DNA of 60,591 nt from assembly GCA_044360285.1 (NCBI GenBank), contig JBIKKP010000003.1:1-60591 (forward strand), written 5' to 3'. This stretch comes from Rickettsiales bacterium (GTDB lineage Bacteria > Pseudomonadota > Alphaproteobacteria > Rickettsiales > UBA1997). Numbering within the stretch: position 1 is the first letter of the stretch; every line of letters starts with the position of its first letter. Positions 1-8,705 of this stretch are shown here, in pieces. The position numbers and the translations under genes are program-made. The notes beneath the pieces are model-generated. The model was not told where the DNA came from. It searched no databases and worked only from the letters and a program-made list of their open reading frames with translations.

Positions 1-99
1 GATGCCAGAGCTCGAGCAGCCGCAGCCGAGGAAGCTGCCAGAACTCGAGCAGACGCAGCCGAGGCAGATGCCAGAGCTCGAGCAGCCGCAGCCGAAACG
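1..99 (+). repeat. 33-bp coding tandem repeat, 3 copies (11 aa, DARARAAAAEE-like)
   Basis: gatgccagagctcgagcagccgcagccgaggaa / gctgccagaactcgagcagacgcagccgaggca / gatgccagagctcgagcagccgcagccgaaacg. Confidence 0.9.
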
Positions 100-1905
100 C
101 GGTCTGCAGAGCAATTAGATGGAGAGCGTGTTGAGGCTAGACAAAATGCTGAACAGGTGCGGAAATTAGAACAAGATCACGCAAGAGCTTTGGATGAAAT
201 TAAAGAAGCCCGGATAAGGGAAGCAGAGGAAAGGCAGGCTCAGTACAAAAGGGAAGCAGAGGCCAGAGAGGCTGAGTATAAAGCAGCAGCAGAGAAGTTA
301 GCGGCTCAACACAGAGAAGAAATACAAGCAATAAATTCTAGATATTCAGAAGAAGGGCGTGCCAGACAAGAAGCGATGTATGCTTTTATGCAACAACTTA
401 ATACGGCACGCACTGGTGAATTAGGAAGTTTATTCGATAGAATGTCTGCTTTGGCGCGTGAAATGTTGGATGGAGTCAGAGGTGACTCAGTCTCACATCG
501 AGAACATCTTATGCAATTTGTTGATGCTTCTTTTCAACGTGAATCAGAGAGGCAAACCCAAGAAAGTCAAAGGCGTGATGCAGTGGATCAACGGCGTGAT
601 GAAGCTGATACTCGTAGAGATCAGCTTCTTGCTCAAATTCTTGCAGATCAGGCTAGAAAAGCTGAAGAGCAGGATAAAAGAGCTGCAGATAGGCGAGCCC
701 AAGAAAGTGAAAGGCGTGAGGCAGTTGATGCTCGTGATCAGCTTCCTGCTAGTACATTAGAATCTGTTCAACGGTCTATCTCTGAAGCAATGAGTAATAT
801 GCGAGAGTTCTTTGCTCGAATTACAACAAGAGATGAAGAGCAGGTCAGAAGAAATGAAGAGTGGAAAGCTGCACAAATGGCATTGGAAGGAAGGCGAGAA
901 ACTTTTCTTGCACAATTGGTTGAGAGATTTGAACAGCTTCGGACTCAATCTCAAGTTCGTCCTGAAGGTAGGGTTGTTTATAATCGCCAGTATCATAATC
1001 GCCGGTATTATTATCGCCGGTATTATTATCAATCTCCTGCTCCTGGAATGCAGAGGGCGGAAGCAGAAGAGGCGGCAGCACCAGCACCGGCGGCACCAGC
1101 AGGACCAGTACCAGGACCGGCGGCACCAGCAGGACCACCACCAGCACCAGTACCAGGACTAGAGGCAGAACCAGCACCAGCGCCGGCACCGGCAGGACCA
1201 GCACCAGTACCGGCGGCACCAGCAGTACCAGAAGCGGCGGCACCAGCAGTACCACCAGTACCAGAGGCAGAACCAGAACCAGCACCAGCAGGACCAGCAG
1301 TACCAGTACCGGCGGCAGAAACAGCAAGACCAAGGATTTTTAGCGCTGTAGAAACTAAGACAGATGACTATTTTTCTGAGACTAGGGTGCAATTGCCAAG
1401 TTTAAAACAACATCCAACCTACACCGAAGAAGAAGAAAAAAAGATGCGAAGTGCATTCCTGGGTGATGGAAGAGGCAGAAGGGAGAAGATTCCTGGACCG
1501 GTTCCCGTTCCTGGCGCTCAAGGAATTTCTAGGTCAGATGAAGAAATCAGCGCTCAAGTTTTGATAGCTTTGAAGAAATTTGAGCTGGTTCGTTCTTTTG
1601 ACGAACTTGAGCAAGCTTCTAAGACTGTTCTCAGCGAATTTCTTGCACACAAAAATTGTCCACTAAGCGTGAAAAAAATGGGAGTGGATGGCTTTGCTCG
1701 TCACGCGGTTAGTAAAATAAGCCAAGATAGTCCGGCGATTTGGAATTTGGTAAAAGTAGGCGAAAGTGGTAGGGTTTTTATTGAAAAAGGAAGGCTAGAG
1801 ACTGATGCACTGACTCGCTTGCTGGATCGCGTTCTTGCTTCCCCTGGCACAACCCCGCAGGCTACTTCTGTGCAGCGTCTATCTCTGGGACGAGGTCGTT
1901 TTTAG
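1..1905 (+). CDS. 5'-truncated orphan coiled-coil / Pro-Ala-rich protein, candidate secreted effector
   Basis: Frame +1 is open from base 1 (DARARAAAAEEAARTRADAA...) into the listed ORF at 157. It has a long E/R/A/Q helical region, a Tyr-rich repeat, a Pro/Ala linker and the C-terminus PGTTPQATSVQRLSLGRGRF. No recognisable family. Confidence 0.8.
   Translation, partial: DARARAAAAEEAARTRADAAEADARARAAAAETRSAEQLDGERVEARQNAEQVRKLEQDHARALDEIKEARIREAEERQAQYKREAEAREAEYKAAAEKLAAQHREEIQAINSRYSEEGRARQEAMYAFMQQLNTARTGELGSLFDRMSALAREMLDGVRGDSVSHREHLMQFVDASFQRESERQTQESQRRDAVDQRRDEADTRRDQLLAQILADQARKAEEQDKRAADRRAQESERREAVDARDQLPASTLESVQRSISEAMSNMREFFARITTRDEEQVRRNEEWKAAQMALEGRRETFLAQLVERFEQLRTQSQVRPEGRVVYNRQYHNRRYYYRRYYYQSPAPGMQRAEAEEAAAPAPAAPAGPVPGPAAPAGPPPAPVPGLEAEPAPAPAPAGPAPVPAAPAVPEAAAPAVPPVPEAEPEPAPAGPAVPVPAAETARPRIFSAVETKTDDYFSETRVQLPSLKQHPTYTEEEEKKMRSAFLGDGRGRREKIPGPVPVPGAQGISRSDEEISAQVLIALKKFELVRSFDELEQASKTVLSEFLAHKNCPLSVKKMGVDGFARHAVSKISQDSPAIWNLVKVGESGRVFIEKGRLETDALTRLLDRVLASPGTTPQATSVQRLSLGRGRF
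979..1029 (+). repeat. 15-bp coding tandem repeat (YNRQY/HNRRY/YYRRY)
   Basis: tataatcgccagtat cataatcgccggtat tattatcgccggtat tattat. Confidence 0.85.
1072..1320 (+). repeat. Low-complexity coding repeat (Pro/Ala/Gly/Val)
   Basis: Reiterated gcaccagca/ggacca/gtacca units; this region also generates the antisense V/L-rich shadow ORF. Confidence 0.85.
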
Positions 1906-1975
1906 TTAGTTGATTAAAAAGCAGTTATTTTGAACTTATCGAAGTTATTTTGTTTTTGGTTGGGTCGACGTTTTT

Positions 1976-2593
1976 TTAGTAAAGTTCAGCAATCACTTTG
2001 TTGCGCAGATAGTTTTTGCTTTTGACGCCGGTGAATTTTGTTGCCACTTCGCCATCGCGTGAAATCAACGCAGTGTAAGGAATTTTTCCACCATAGCGAA
2101 TTTGTTTTTTCTGCAAAAATTCGATGAAGCCTTCCTTAAAAGATAAAAAGCGCGGTTGAAAATAAACATTTCCAAAGCTGCCAAGATATTCACCGAGCAC
2201 TGTTGGCTCTAGGTTGCGATCAATTGCAATGGCGATCACTTGCAAATCGGTATTTTGAAATTCGCGAGCGATTTCATTGATGATTGGAAAATTTTTTGAA
2301 CAAATTCCGCACCAAGTTGTGTAGATATAAAGCAAAATTGGCTTGTTGTCAGCATCTTCAAAGGCTTGGGCCACTTGAGCTGTGGTCATTGGCAGGCTTT
2401 TTGAAATGTCGTAGGAAATGTTTTTTGATTCAGGAATTTCAACATCAAGATTTTGTGCATCTTCGACAAATTTATTCCACAAAAAGCCGCCGAGTAAGGC
2501 AGCGAGCAGGATGATAAAAAACAGCATCTGAAATTTTTTTTGGTTTTGCGCTTTTTTATACGCAGAAATTTGTATGATTTTTTGATTCGGCAT
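1976..2593 (-). CDS. TlpA/thioredoxin-like membrane-anchored disulfide oxidoreductase
   Basis: N-terminal TM segment, YTTWCGIC (CxxC) motif and IPYT cis-Pro motif. The ATG at 2593 is preferred over the listed start at 2638. Confidence 0.8.
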   Translation of the reverse strand: MPNQKIIQISAYKKAQNQKKFQMLFFIILLAALLGGFLWNKFVEDAQNLDVEIPESKNISYDISKSLPMTTAQVAQAFEDADNKPILLYIYTTWCGICSKNFPIINEIAREFQNTDLQVIAIAIDRNLEPTVLGEYLGSFGNVYFQPRFLSFKEGFIEFLQKKQIRYGGKIPYTALISRDGEVATKFTGVKSKNYLRNKVIAELY

Positions 2594-2679
2594 GGAATTT
2601 TGAAAATGTATTTCAGGTTGTAGAAATTGCTTTCCCAAGCTCGGTTGTCAAAATTTTTTCGTCATAATTTTTATCACAA

Positions 2680-3033
2680 ATGCTCATCAAAATTAACAAC
2701 TTGCGCCTGACAACAAATCAAATTGGCGTTTACGATTGGGAAAAAACTGTGCAGCGACCAATCATCATCAATGCAGTGATTTCAAGCGATTGCGAAGACT
2801 CAACTTTTAGCGATGATCTTTCTGACACAATCGATTACGACAAAATCTTTAAAAAAATCGCCGCAGTTGCAGCAAAAAAACATTTTAAATTGATCGAAAA
2901 AATGGCCAAAGAAATGATTGATGCAGTGATGGAAGATTCACGAATTTCTGCATGCGAACTTTCGGTAGAAAAAGTGGGAGTCGTTGAAAATGTTGATTCC
3001 TTTGCAGTGACGCTAACTCAAAAAAGGCCGTAA
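2680..3033 (+). CDS. folB: Dihydroneopterin aldolase
   Basis: IGVYDWEK..Q, DDLSDTIDY and LIEKMA..., VEK motifs; 117 aa. Confidence 0.9.
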   Translation: MLIKINNLRLTTNQIGVYDWEKTVQRPIIINAVISSDCEDSTFSDDLSDTIDYDKIFKKIAAVAAKKHFKLIEKMAKEMIDAVMEDSRISACELSVEKVGVVENVDSFAVTLTQKRP

Positions 3034-3458
3034 TGGATTTAAGAACGCAGCAAGTTTTACAGGCAATAAAATCGCATTCACGCATCAGAGAAGTTATCAC
3101 AATTTTGTGCTATTTTTTGATCTCAGGCGGGCTTTTTACTTACGTTTTTCACGCCATAAATAAGAGCAGCACAATCAAGCTGGTTAATGATTACAAAAAA
3201 AATCCGCAGGAATATAAAACTGAAAAAGTGATGACTAATCCGCGCATCAAATTTCAATATAACGACAATCAAGTTTATAACATTCGCGCCAAAAAAGCCT
3301 TTCATAAGGATGAAAGCGAGGTGACTTTGTATGATGTTTTTGCTGATGGCGAGGCCGGTAATATCACGGCTGGCGAGTTGAAAATTTATGACGAAGGAAA
3401 TCACTTAGTTTTCACCAAAAATCCGGTAATGATTTTGAAGCAGACGGAGAAAAAGTAA
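3033..3458 (+). CDS. lptC: LptC-like LPS export periplasmic protein
   Basis: Single N-terminal TM, then MTNPRIKF...YNIRAKKA...ITAGELKIY..LVFTKNPVM, consistent with a beta-jellyroll. Confidence 0.6.
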   Translation: MDLRTQQVLQAIKSHSRIREVITILCYFLISGGLFTYVFHAINKSSTIKLVNDYKKNPQEYKTEKVMTNPRIKFQYNDNQVYNIRAKKAFHKDESEVTLYDVFADGEAGNITAGELKIYDEGNHLVFTKNPVMILKQTEKK

Positions 3459-3484
3459 TTTATTTAAAAACGGGCTCGGTAGCG

Positions 3485-3510
3485 GGGCGGAGTTTGTAAC
3501 CGCGCCCAGC
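3485..3510. repeat. Palindromic element family C (single degenerate hairpin)
   Basis: gggcggagtttgtaaccgcgcccagc matches the GGGCGG..TTTGTAA..CGCCC hairpin found at 33369. Confidence 0.7.
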
Positions 3511-3555
3511 ATCGAGTTTTATCATCAACAAAAATAGCGGAAATTAAAAAATTTT

Positions 3556-4659
3556 ATGAAAAAAATCCTCTTAATCCCAGGTGATGGAATCGGTCCAGAA
3601 GTGGTTGCACAGGCAAAAAAAATTCTCGATTTTTTTTCAAAAAACAGCAGCAAAAAATTTGAATGCGAAACCGCATTACTTGGTGGATGCGCTTATGACG
3701 CGGCTGGAACGCCATTTCCACAAGAAACTCTGGAGCTTGCCAAAAAATCTGACGCAATTTTGCTTGGTGCAGTTGGCGGTCCAAAATGGGAGGCGCTGGA
3801 ATATAAACATCGTCCGGAACGTGGATTGCTGGGTATTCGCAAGGAATTAGAACTTTTTGCAAATTTACGTCCGGCGAAAGTTTTTTCTGCGTTGGTGGAT
3901 AGCTCAACGCTGAAACGCGAAGTGATTGAAGGACTTGATTTGATGATTGTGCGCGAACTTACCGGTGATCTTTATTTTGGCGAACCGCGCTACGTAAAAA
4001 CCTTGGCAGATGGCTCAAGACAAGGTGTAAACACCATGACTTACAACTCAAAAGAAGTTGAGAGAATTGCGCGTGTGTCATTCGATTTGGCAAAAATTCG
4101 CGGCAAAAAACTTTGCTCAATTGACAAAGCAAATGTCATTGAGACTACGGAAATGTGGCGCGAAGTTGTAAGCGAAATTGGCGCGAAAGAATATCCACAA
4201 GTGCAACTTTCGCACATGTATGTCGACAATGCTTCAATGCAGCTGGTGCGCAATCCAAAGCAGTTTGACGTGATGCTTACTGGAAATATGTTTGGTGATA
4301 TTTTGTCAGATACCGCGTCAATGCTGACCGGCTCGCTTGGCATGTTGCCTTCTGCTTCTTTGGGTGAAAAAAAATCTGATGGAAAACAAAATGCACTTTA
4401 CGAGCCAATCCACGGATCAGCGCCAGATATTGCTGGCAAAGACGTGGCTAATCCAATTGCAACAATTTCAAGTTTAGCGATGATGCTGCGTTATTCTTTT
4501 GCTTACAGCGCAGAAGCTGACGCAATTGATCAAGCAATTGAAAATGTTTTAAACAAAGGTATTCGCACCGCCGACATTGCAAAAGCTGGCGAGGCACGAA
4601 TTTCTTGCACGCAAATGGGTGAAGAAATTTTGCAAGAGCTACAAAAACTACTCAACTAA
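3556..4659 (+). CDS. leuB: 3-isopropylmalate dehydrogenase
   Basis: [33 protein letters not shown] and [13 protein letters not shown] motifs. Confidence 0.97.
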   Translation: MKKILLIPGDGIGPEVVAQAKKILDFFSKNSSKKFECETALLGGCAYDAAGTPFPQETLELAKKSDAILLGAVGGPKWEALEYKHRPERGLLGIRKELELFANLRPAKVFSALVDSSTLKREVIEGLDLMIVRELTGDLYFGEPRYVKTLADGSRQGVNTMTYNSKEVERIARVSFDLAKIRGKKLCSIDKANVIETTEMWREVVSEIGAKEYPQVQLSHMYVDNASMQLVRNPKQFDVMLTGNMFGDILSDTASMLTGSLGMLPSASLGEKKSDGKQNALYEPIHGSAPDIAGKDVANPIATISSLAMMLRYSFAYSAEADAIDQAIENVLNKGIRTADIAKAGEARISCTQMGEEILQELQKLLN

Positions 4660-5499
4660 ATGAGATTTTTTGCGCTAATTCTAATTTTTTTCACAAGTCA
4701 TGCAGCAGCGCAAATAGCGCGCTCAACTAGTTTTGATTTGCGTGAAATTTGTGAAAAAAGTAAAGGCGTGTGGCGACAATTTGGTAATGGCTGCGTTGAT
4801 GAATGCGAATCAAAATTCGACAAATATAAAGTCTGCAGCAACTCGGCTTCCTTTGGTTGCGACTGTGGCAAGAACCGCTGTTTTGCTGATGATAGCTGTA
4901 TGATGATTTCTGATTATCAAAAAATTTTTACGGCCAAACAAGAAGAGCAAAAAAAACTTTTAGATGAGGCAAGAGACAAGCGTAAAAGCGATTCCGCTGC
5001 TTATCGCCAAGAGATGATGGAAAAGTTTGTTAACAGCGCGAACGCTCAAGCGCAAGGGCAGCAGACTTATGATGCAAGTGGAAAAGTTCTGACTCCGCGC
5101 ACAAACTTTCCTGATATTTACAAAAAAATTATGCCTGATCCAAATCCAGGCTTGGTGCAGCAATATGCGCCAGTTGGTCAAAATACGCAAGTTGTGCCGC
5201 AAGTTATTACGCCAGTTGAAGGACAAATTATTGCCGTGCCAAATCAAGCAAACATTCCACAAAATAAAAACGTCGAGGAGGTTCCAATTGCTGGGCCTAC
5301 GCCGTTTTTTATCAAGCAACAAGAGCAGCTGCAAAAAGCTGAAGCTGAAAAGAAATTGGCCGAAGAAATTAATAAAAAACTGCAAGAAGAAGCTGCAAAA
5401 AAAACTGGTACTCCTCAAAAAACTGAGCCAAAAAAAGAAAAGCCGAAAGTCGATGAATTCCCAATTCCTGGCCTTCCAGTGATTCCACTGCCAAATTAA
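4660..5499 (+). CDS. Secreted hypothetical protein with an 8-Cys N-terminal domain
   Basis: Signal peptide (MRFFALILIFFTSHAAA), Cys-rich segment C..GVWRQFGNGCVDEC...C...GCDCG..RC...SC, then a coiled-coil and Pro-rich tail. Confidence 0.7.
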   Translation: MRFFALILIFFTSHAAAQIARSTSFDLREICEKSKGVWRQFGNGCVDECESKFDKYKVCSNSASFGCDCGKNRCFADDSCMMISDYQKIFTAKQEEQKKLLDEARDKRKSDSAAYRQEMMEKFVNSANAQAQGQQTYDASGKVLTPRTNFPDIYKKIMPDPNPGLVQQYAPVGQNTQVVPQVITPVEGQIIAVPNQANIPQNKNVEEVPIAGPTPFFIKQQEQLQKAEAEKKLAEEINKKLQEEAAKKTGTPQKTEPKKEKPKVDEFPIPGLPVIPLPN

Positions 5500-5503
5500 A
5501 TTC

Positions 5504-7777
5504 ATGCCAAACGAAAAGTTTTTTCACATTTTATTGCGACTTTTATTGCGTCTCTGCGGCCTTGGCGTTGCTGGCTTTGCGCTGATTTTTTTTGCTGCGC
5601 TTTTTAGTTTTAATCCAGAAGATTCATCATTTAATACCGTTTCAACTGATGGTGAAATCACTAATTTTGCAGGTTCTTTTGGTTCGCATATTTCTGATTT
5701 AAGTTTTCAATTTGTTGGACTTTCGGCGTTTATTTTGTGTTTGATAATTTTTGTCATTGGCATCAAAGCCTCTAGCCGCAACGGTGTTCACAACTTGCTG
5801 CAAAAAATAATTCTCACACCTTTTGCAATTTTATTTTCGGCAGTTTTTTTTGCCGCAATGCCGCAACCAAAATGGTGGGAATTTAGCTCGCTTGGCGGAG
5901 TCAACGGCCAGTTTGTTTTAGCACAATTTTCTTCGCTAATTCCAACGCCGCTGCTGGCAATTTTTGCGCTATTTTTGGCGTTGGTGATAATTTCAATTAT
6001 CATTGAAGTTGCGCTTGCTGATTGGATTTATTTTTTTCGCTACAGCTTTGCAACCGCGCGCTATCTGGTTTCGCGCTTGCTTGAATCGATGAAGAGTGAG
6101 GAAGACAAAATTGTTAAAGCGGTTGAAAAAGAAGAAGTTGAGGAGATTGAAGAAGTTGAGCAAATCATTGAAAATGATGATGAAGAAGAGGAAGAAGAAA
6201 CCCCGCAAGTTCTGAAGGAAAAGCTCAAGAAAGTTAGTAAAACAAAAAAGCCGCCAAGATCGGCGAAATCAAACTATGAGCTGCCTTCGTCAGATTTATT
6301 GGCAGATCGTTCCGCAGAAAATAAAGACAAAAAAATCAGCAAAGAATCGGTAGATAATCAGGCAAAAATGTTGCTGAAAGTTTTGGATGATTTTGGTGTG
6401 CAAGGAACTTCGCTTGGCGCAAAAGTTGGTCCGGTTGTCACTTTGCATGAGTTTGAGCCAGCCGCTGGTACCAAGGCTTCGCGCGTTATTGGATTGTCAG
6501 ATGATATTGCCAGATCAATGAGTGCAGTGTCGGCGCGTATTGCGGTTGTTTCTGGAAAAACTTCAATTGGTATTGAATTACCAAACCAAAAACGCGAAAT
6601 GATTTTCTTCCGCGAAATGATTGAGAGTAAGGAATATCGAACCTCGCAAGGATATTTGCCGATGATTTTAGGCAAAGATATTGGCGGCGAAATTATGATT
6701 TCTGACCTGGCCAAAATGCCTCACTTGTTGATTGCAGGAACCACCGGTTCTGGAAAATCTGTTGGTTTGAACGTGATGATTTTGTCGCTGCTTTTCCGCC
6801 TGCGCCCAGATGAATGTAGGTTTATCATGATTGATCCAAAAATGCTTGAGCTGTCAATTTATGACGGAATTCCGCACTTGCTTTCTCCAGTGGTCACCGA
6901 GCCAGGCAAGGCGGTTGTGGCGCTTAAGTGGGTTGTTGCCGAGATGGAAGAGCGTTATCGTTTAATGTCGAGCTTTGCGGTGCGTAACATCGCTGGCTAT
7001 AACGAGAAGGCTGAGAAGGCGATTTTGTCGGGCGAAAAACTTTCGCGCAAAGTGCAAACCGGCTTTGATCCAACTAACGGCAAACCAATTATTGAAGAGA
7101 TTGAATTTGAGCCAAAAAAACTTCCATTCATCGTGGTGATTGTTGACGAGATGGCCGACTTGATGTTGGTTGCTGGAAAAGAAATTGAAAATTCTGTGCA
7201 GCGTTTGGCGCAGATGGCGCGTGCTGCAGGAATTCACATAATTATGGCAACGCAACGGCCGTCGGTTGACGTGATTACTGGCGTGATTAAAGCGAATTTC
7301 CCGACGCGAATTTCGTTCCAAGTGACATCGCGAATTGACAGCCGCACAATTCTTGGCACGCAAGGCGCCGAGCAACTTTTGGGGCAGGGTGACATGATTT
7401 TTATGTCGGGCGGAAGTAAGATGACGCGCGTTCACGGTCCATTTTGTTCAGACACAGAAATTGAAAATATCGTGAATTTCATCAAGCAGCAAGATGCGTC
7501 GGAATTTTCTGAAACAGATAAAATTTCTTTCGAAGTGCCGGTGCCAATTTCGTCAGGCGGCGGTGATGATGATTATGGCGGCGGAAATTCTGACGACGAT
7601 CTTTACAATAAAGCGGTGATGATTGTGCGCCGCGACAAAAAACCATCGATTAGTTATGTACAACGCCAGCTACGTATTGGCTATAACCGCGCCGCGACTT
7701 TGATTGAGAAAATGGAAGAAAATGGCGTGGTGACTGCTCCAAGCATTTCTGGTAAAAGGGAAGTGGTTGAAGAATAA
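5504..7777 (+). CDS. ftsK: DNA translocase FtsK
   Basis: N-terminal 4TM region, PHLLIAGTTGSGKS Walker A, IVDEMADLM, ATQRPSVDVITG and gamma domain QRQLRIGYNRAA. Confidence 0.97.
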   Translation: MPNEKFFHILLRLLLRLCGLGVAGFALIFFAALFSFNPEDSSFNTVSTDGEITNFAGSFGSHISDLSFQFVGLSAFILCLIIFVIGIKASSRNGVHNLLQKIILTPFAILFSAVFFAAMPQPKWWEFSSLGGVNGQFVLAQFSSLIPTPLLAIFALFLALVIISIIIEVALADWIYFFRYSFATARYLVSRLLESMKSEEDKIVKAVEKEEVEEIEEVEQIIENDDEEEEEETPQVLKEKLKKVSKTKKPPRSAKSNYELPSSDLLADRSAENKDKKISKESVDNQAKMLLKVLDDFGVQGTSLGAKVGPVVTLHEFEPAAGTKASRVIGLSDDIARSMSAVSARIAVVSGKTSIGIELPNQKREMIFFREMIESKEYRTSQGYLPMILGKDIGGEIMISDLAKMPHLLIAGTTGSGKSVGLNVMILSLLFRLRPDECRFIMIDPKMLELSIYDGIPHLLSPVVTEPGKAVVALKWVVAEMEERYRLMSSFAVRNIAGYNEKAEKAILSGEKLSRKVQTGFDPTNGKPIIEEIEFEPKKLPFIVVIVDEMADLMLVAGKEIENSVQRLAQMARAAGIHIIMATQRPSVDVITGVIKANFPTRISFQVTSRIDSRTILGTQGAEQLLGQGDMIFMSGGSKMTRVHGPFCSDTEIENIVNFIKQQDASEFSETDKISFEVPVPISSGGGDDDYGGGNSDDDLYNKAVMIVRRDKKPSISYVQRQLRIGYNRAATLIEKMEENGVVTAPSISGKREVVEE

Positions 7778-7784
7778 AGGAATT

Positions 7785-7871
7785 GCTGGGTGGAGTTTTT
7801 AACTCTGCTCACTCGTTTATGCAATTTTAACGGCCATGAACAAGTGGGCGCGGTCACAGACCACGCCAAGC
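7785..7871. repeat. Palindromic element family C (full doublet, degenerate)
   Basis: Close match to the reverse complement of 33369-33454, including the spacer atgcaatt..aacggc. Confidence 0.85.
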
Positions 7872-7882
7872 TTCAGAAAATC

Positions 7883-7976
7883 CGTCATCCTTGAATCGCA
7901 AAGCGATTTGAGGATCTCGTCCAATTTAAGCAAAGTCATAACCAGATCCTCGATGCCTTTGGCATCAAGGATGACG
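7883..7976. repeat. Palindromic element family A (CGTCATCCTTG...GAGGATCT / AGATCCTCG...CAAGGATGACG)
   Basis: Terminal inverted repeats, with a small internal hairpin in each arm. Other copies at 29090, 55422 and 56901. Confidence 0.9.
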
Positions 7977-8001
7977 TGGTTGTGAGGTAATTTTAATTTT
8001 T

Positions 8002-8694
8002 ATGAAAGAAACAGCCTCAGTCTCCATCATCAACCTCGTCCTTCAAGCCGACATCATTGTGCAGTTGGTGATTGGAATTTTGCTTGTTGCCTCGCTTTGG
8101 TCATGGGCGATAATTTTTGATAAAATCCTCAAATTCCGCATTCTCAAAGAGCGCAGCGATAAGTTTGAAGAAGTGATTGAAAATGCCTCAACGCCTGACG
8201 AAATTTATGGCAAGGCAAAACATTCGGATAATCATCCTCTGGGCCGTATTTTTCTAAGCTGCATGAAGGAGTGGCGGTCAAGCGCAACTAAGCAAATTAT
8301 TGCGCAAGAATCTGCAGAAAAAAACGCCTCGCTTAAGGAAAGACTTAGCGCGGTGATGATGGTGGCAAACAACAAGTCGATGGAAAAACTGGAATCCGGC
8401 TTGAATTTTCTAGCAATCGTTGGAAGTTCCGCGCCTTTCGTGGGGCTGTTTGGCACGGTTTGGGGAATTATGAATTCTTTCCAAGGAATCGCTGTTTCAA
8501 AAAATACCAGCCTTGCGGTTGTGGCGCCAGGAATTGCAGAAGCATTGCTTGCAACGGCCATTGGCCTATTTGCAGCGATTCCAGCGGTTTTTTTCTACAA
8601 CATTTTCAGCGCCAAGATTAACCAATTTTCACAGCGCGCTGAAAATTTTTCTAACCAACTTCTCGCCACTTTATCGCGCGAGTTAGATCAATAA
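8002..8694 (+). CDS. tolQ: Tol-Pal system protein TolQ
   Basis: SLWSWAII, APFVGLFGTVWGIMNSF and SLAVVAPGIAEALLATAIGLFAAIPAV motifs. Confidence 0.95.
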   Translation: MKETASVSIINLVLQADIIVQLVIGILLVASLWSWAIIFDKILKFRILKERSDKFEEVIENASTPDEIYGKAKHSDNHPLGRIFLSCMKEWRSSATKQIIAQESAEKNASLKERLSAVMMVANNKSMEKLESGLNFLAIVGSSAPFVGLFGTVWGIMNSFQGIAVSKNTSLAVVAPGIAEALLATAIGLFAAIPAVFFYNIFSAKINQFSQRAENFSNQLLATLSRELDQ

Positions 8695-8705
8695 AATTTT
8701 AGGAT

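Noticed and set aside
1-99. 33-bp repeats as a possible CRISPR array
   Set aside because: The repeats are directly tandem with no spacers and are in frame within a coding sequence; no cas genes are present.
845-1333. 162-aa Val/Leu-rich minus-strand ORF that looks like a membrane protein
   Set aside because: It is the antisense shadow of the Pro/Ala repeat in the plus-strand gene.
7681-7869. 62-aa minus-strand ORF
   Set aside because: It overlaps the ftsK end and a family C palindrome and has no independent coding signal.
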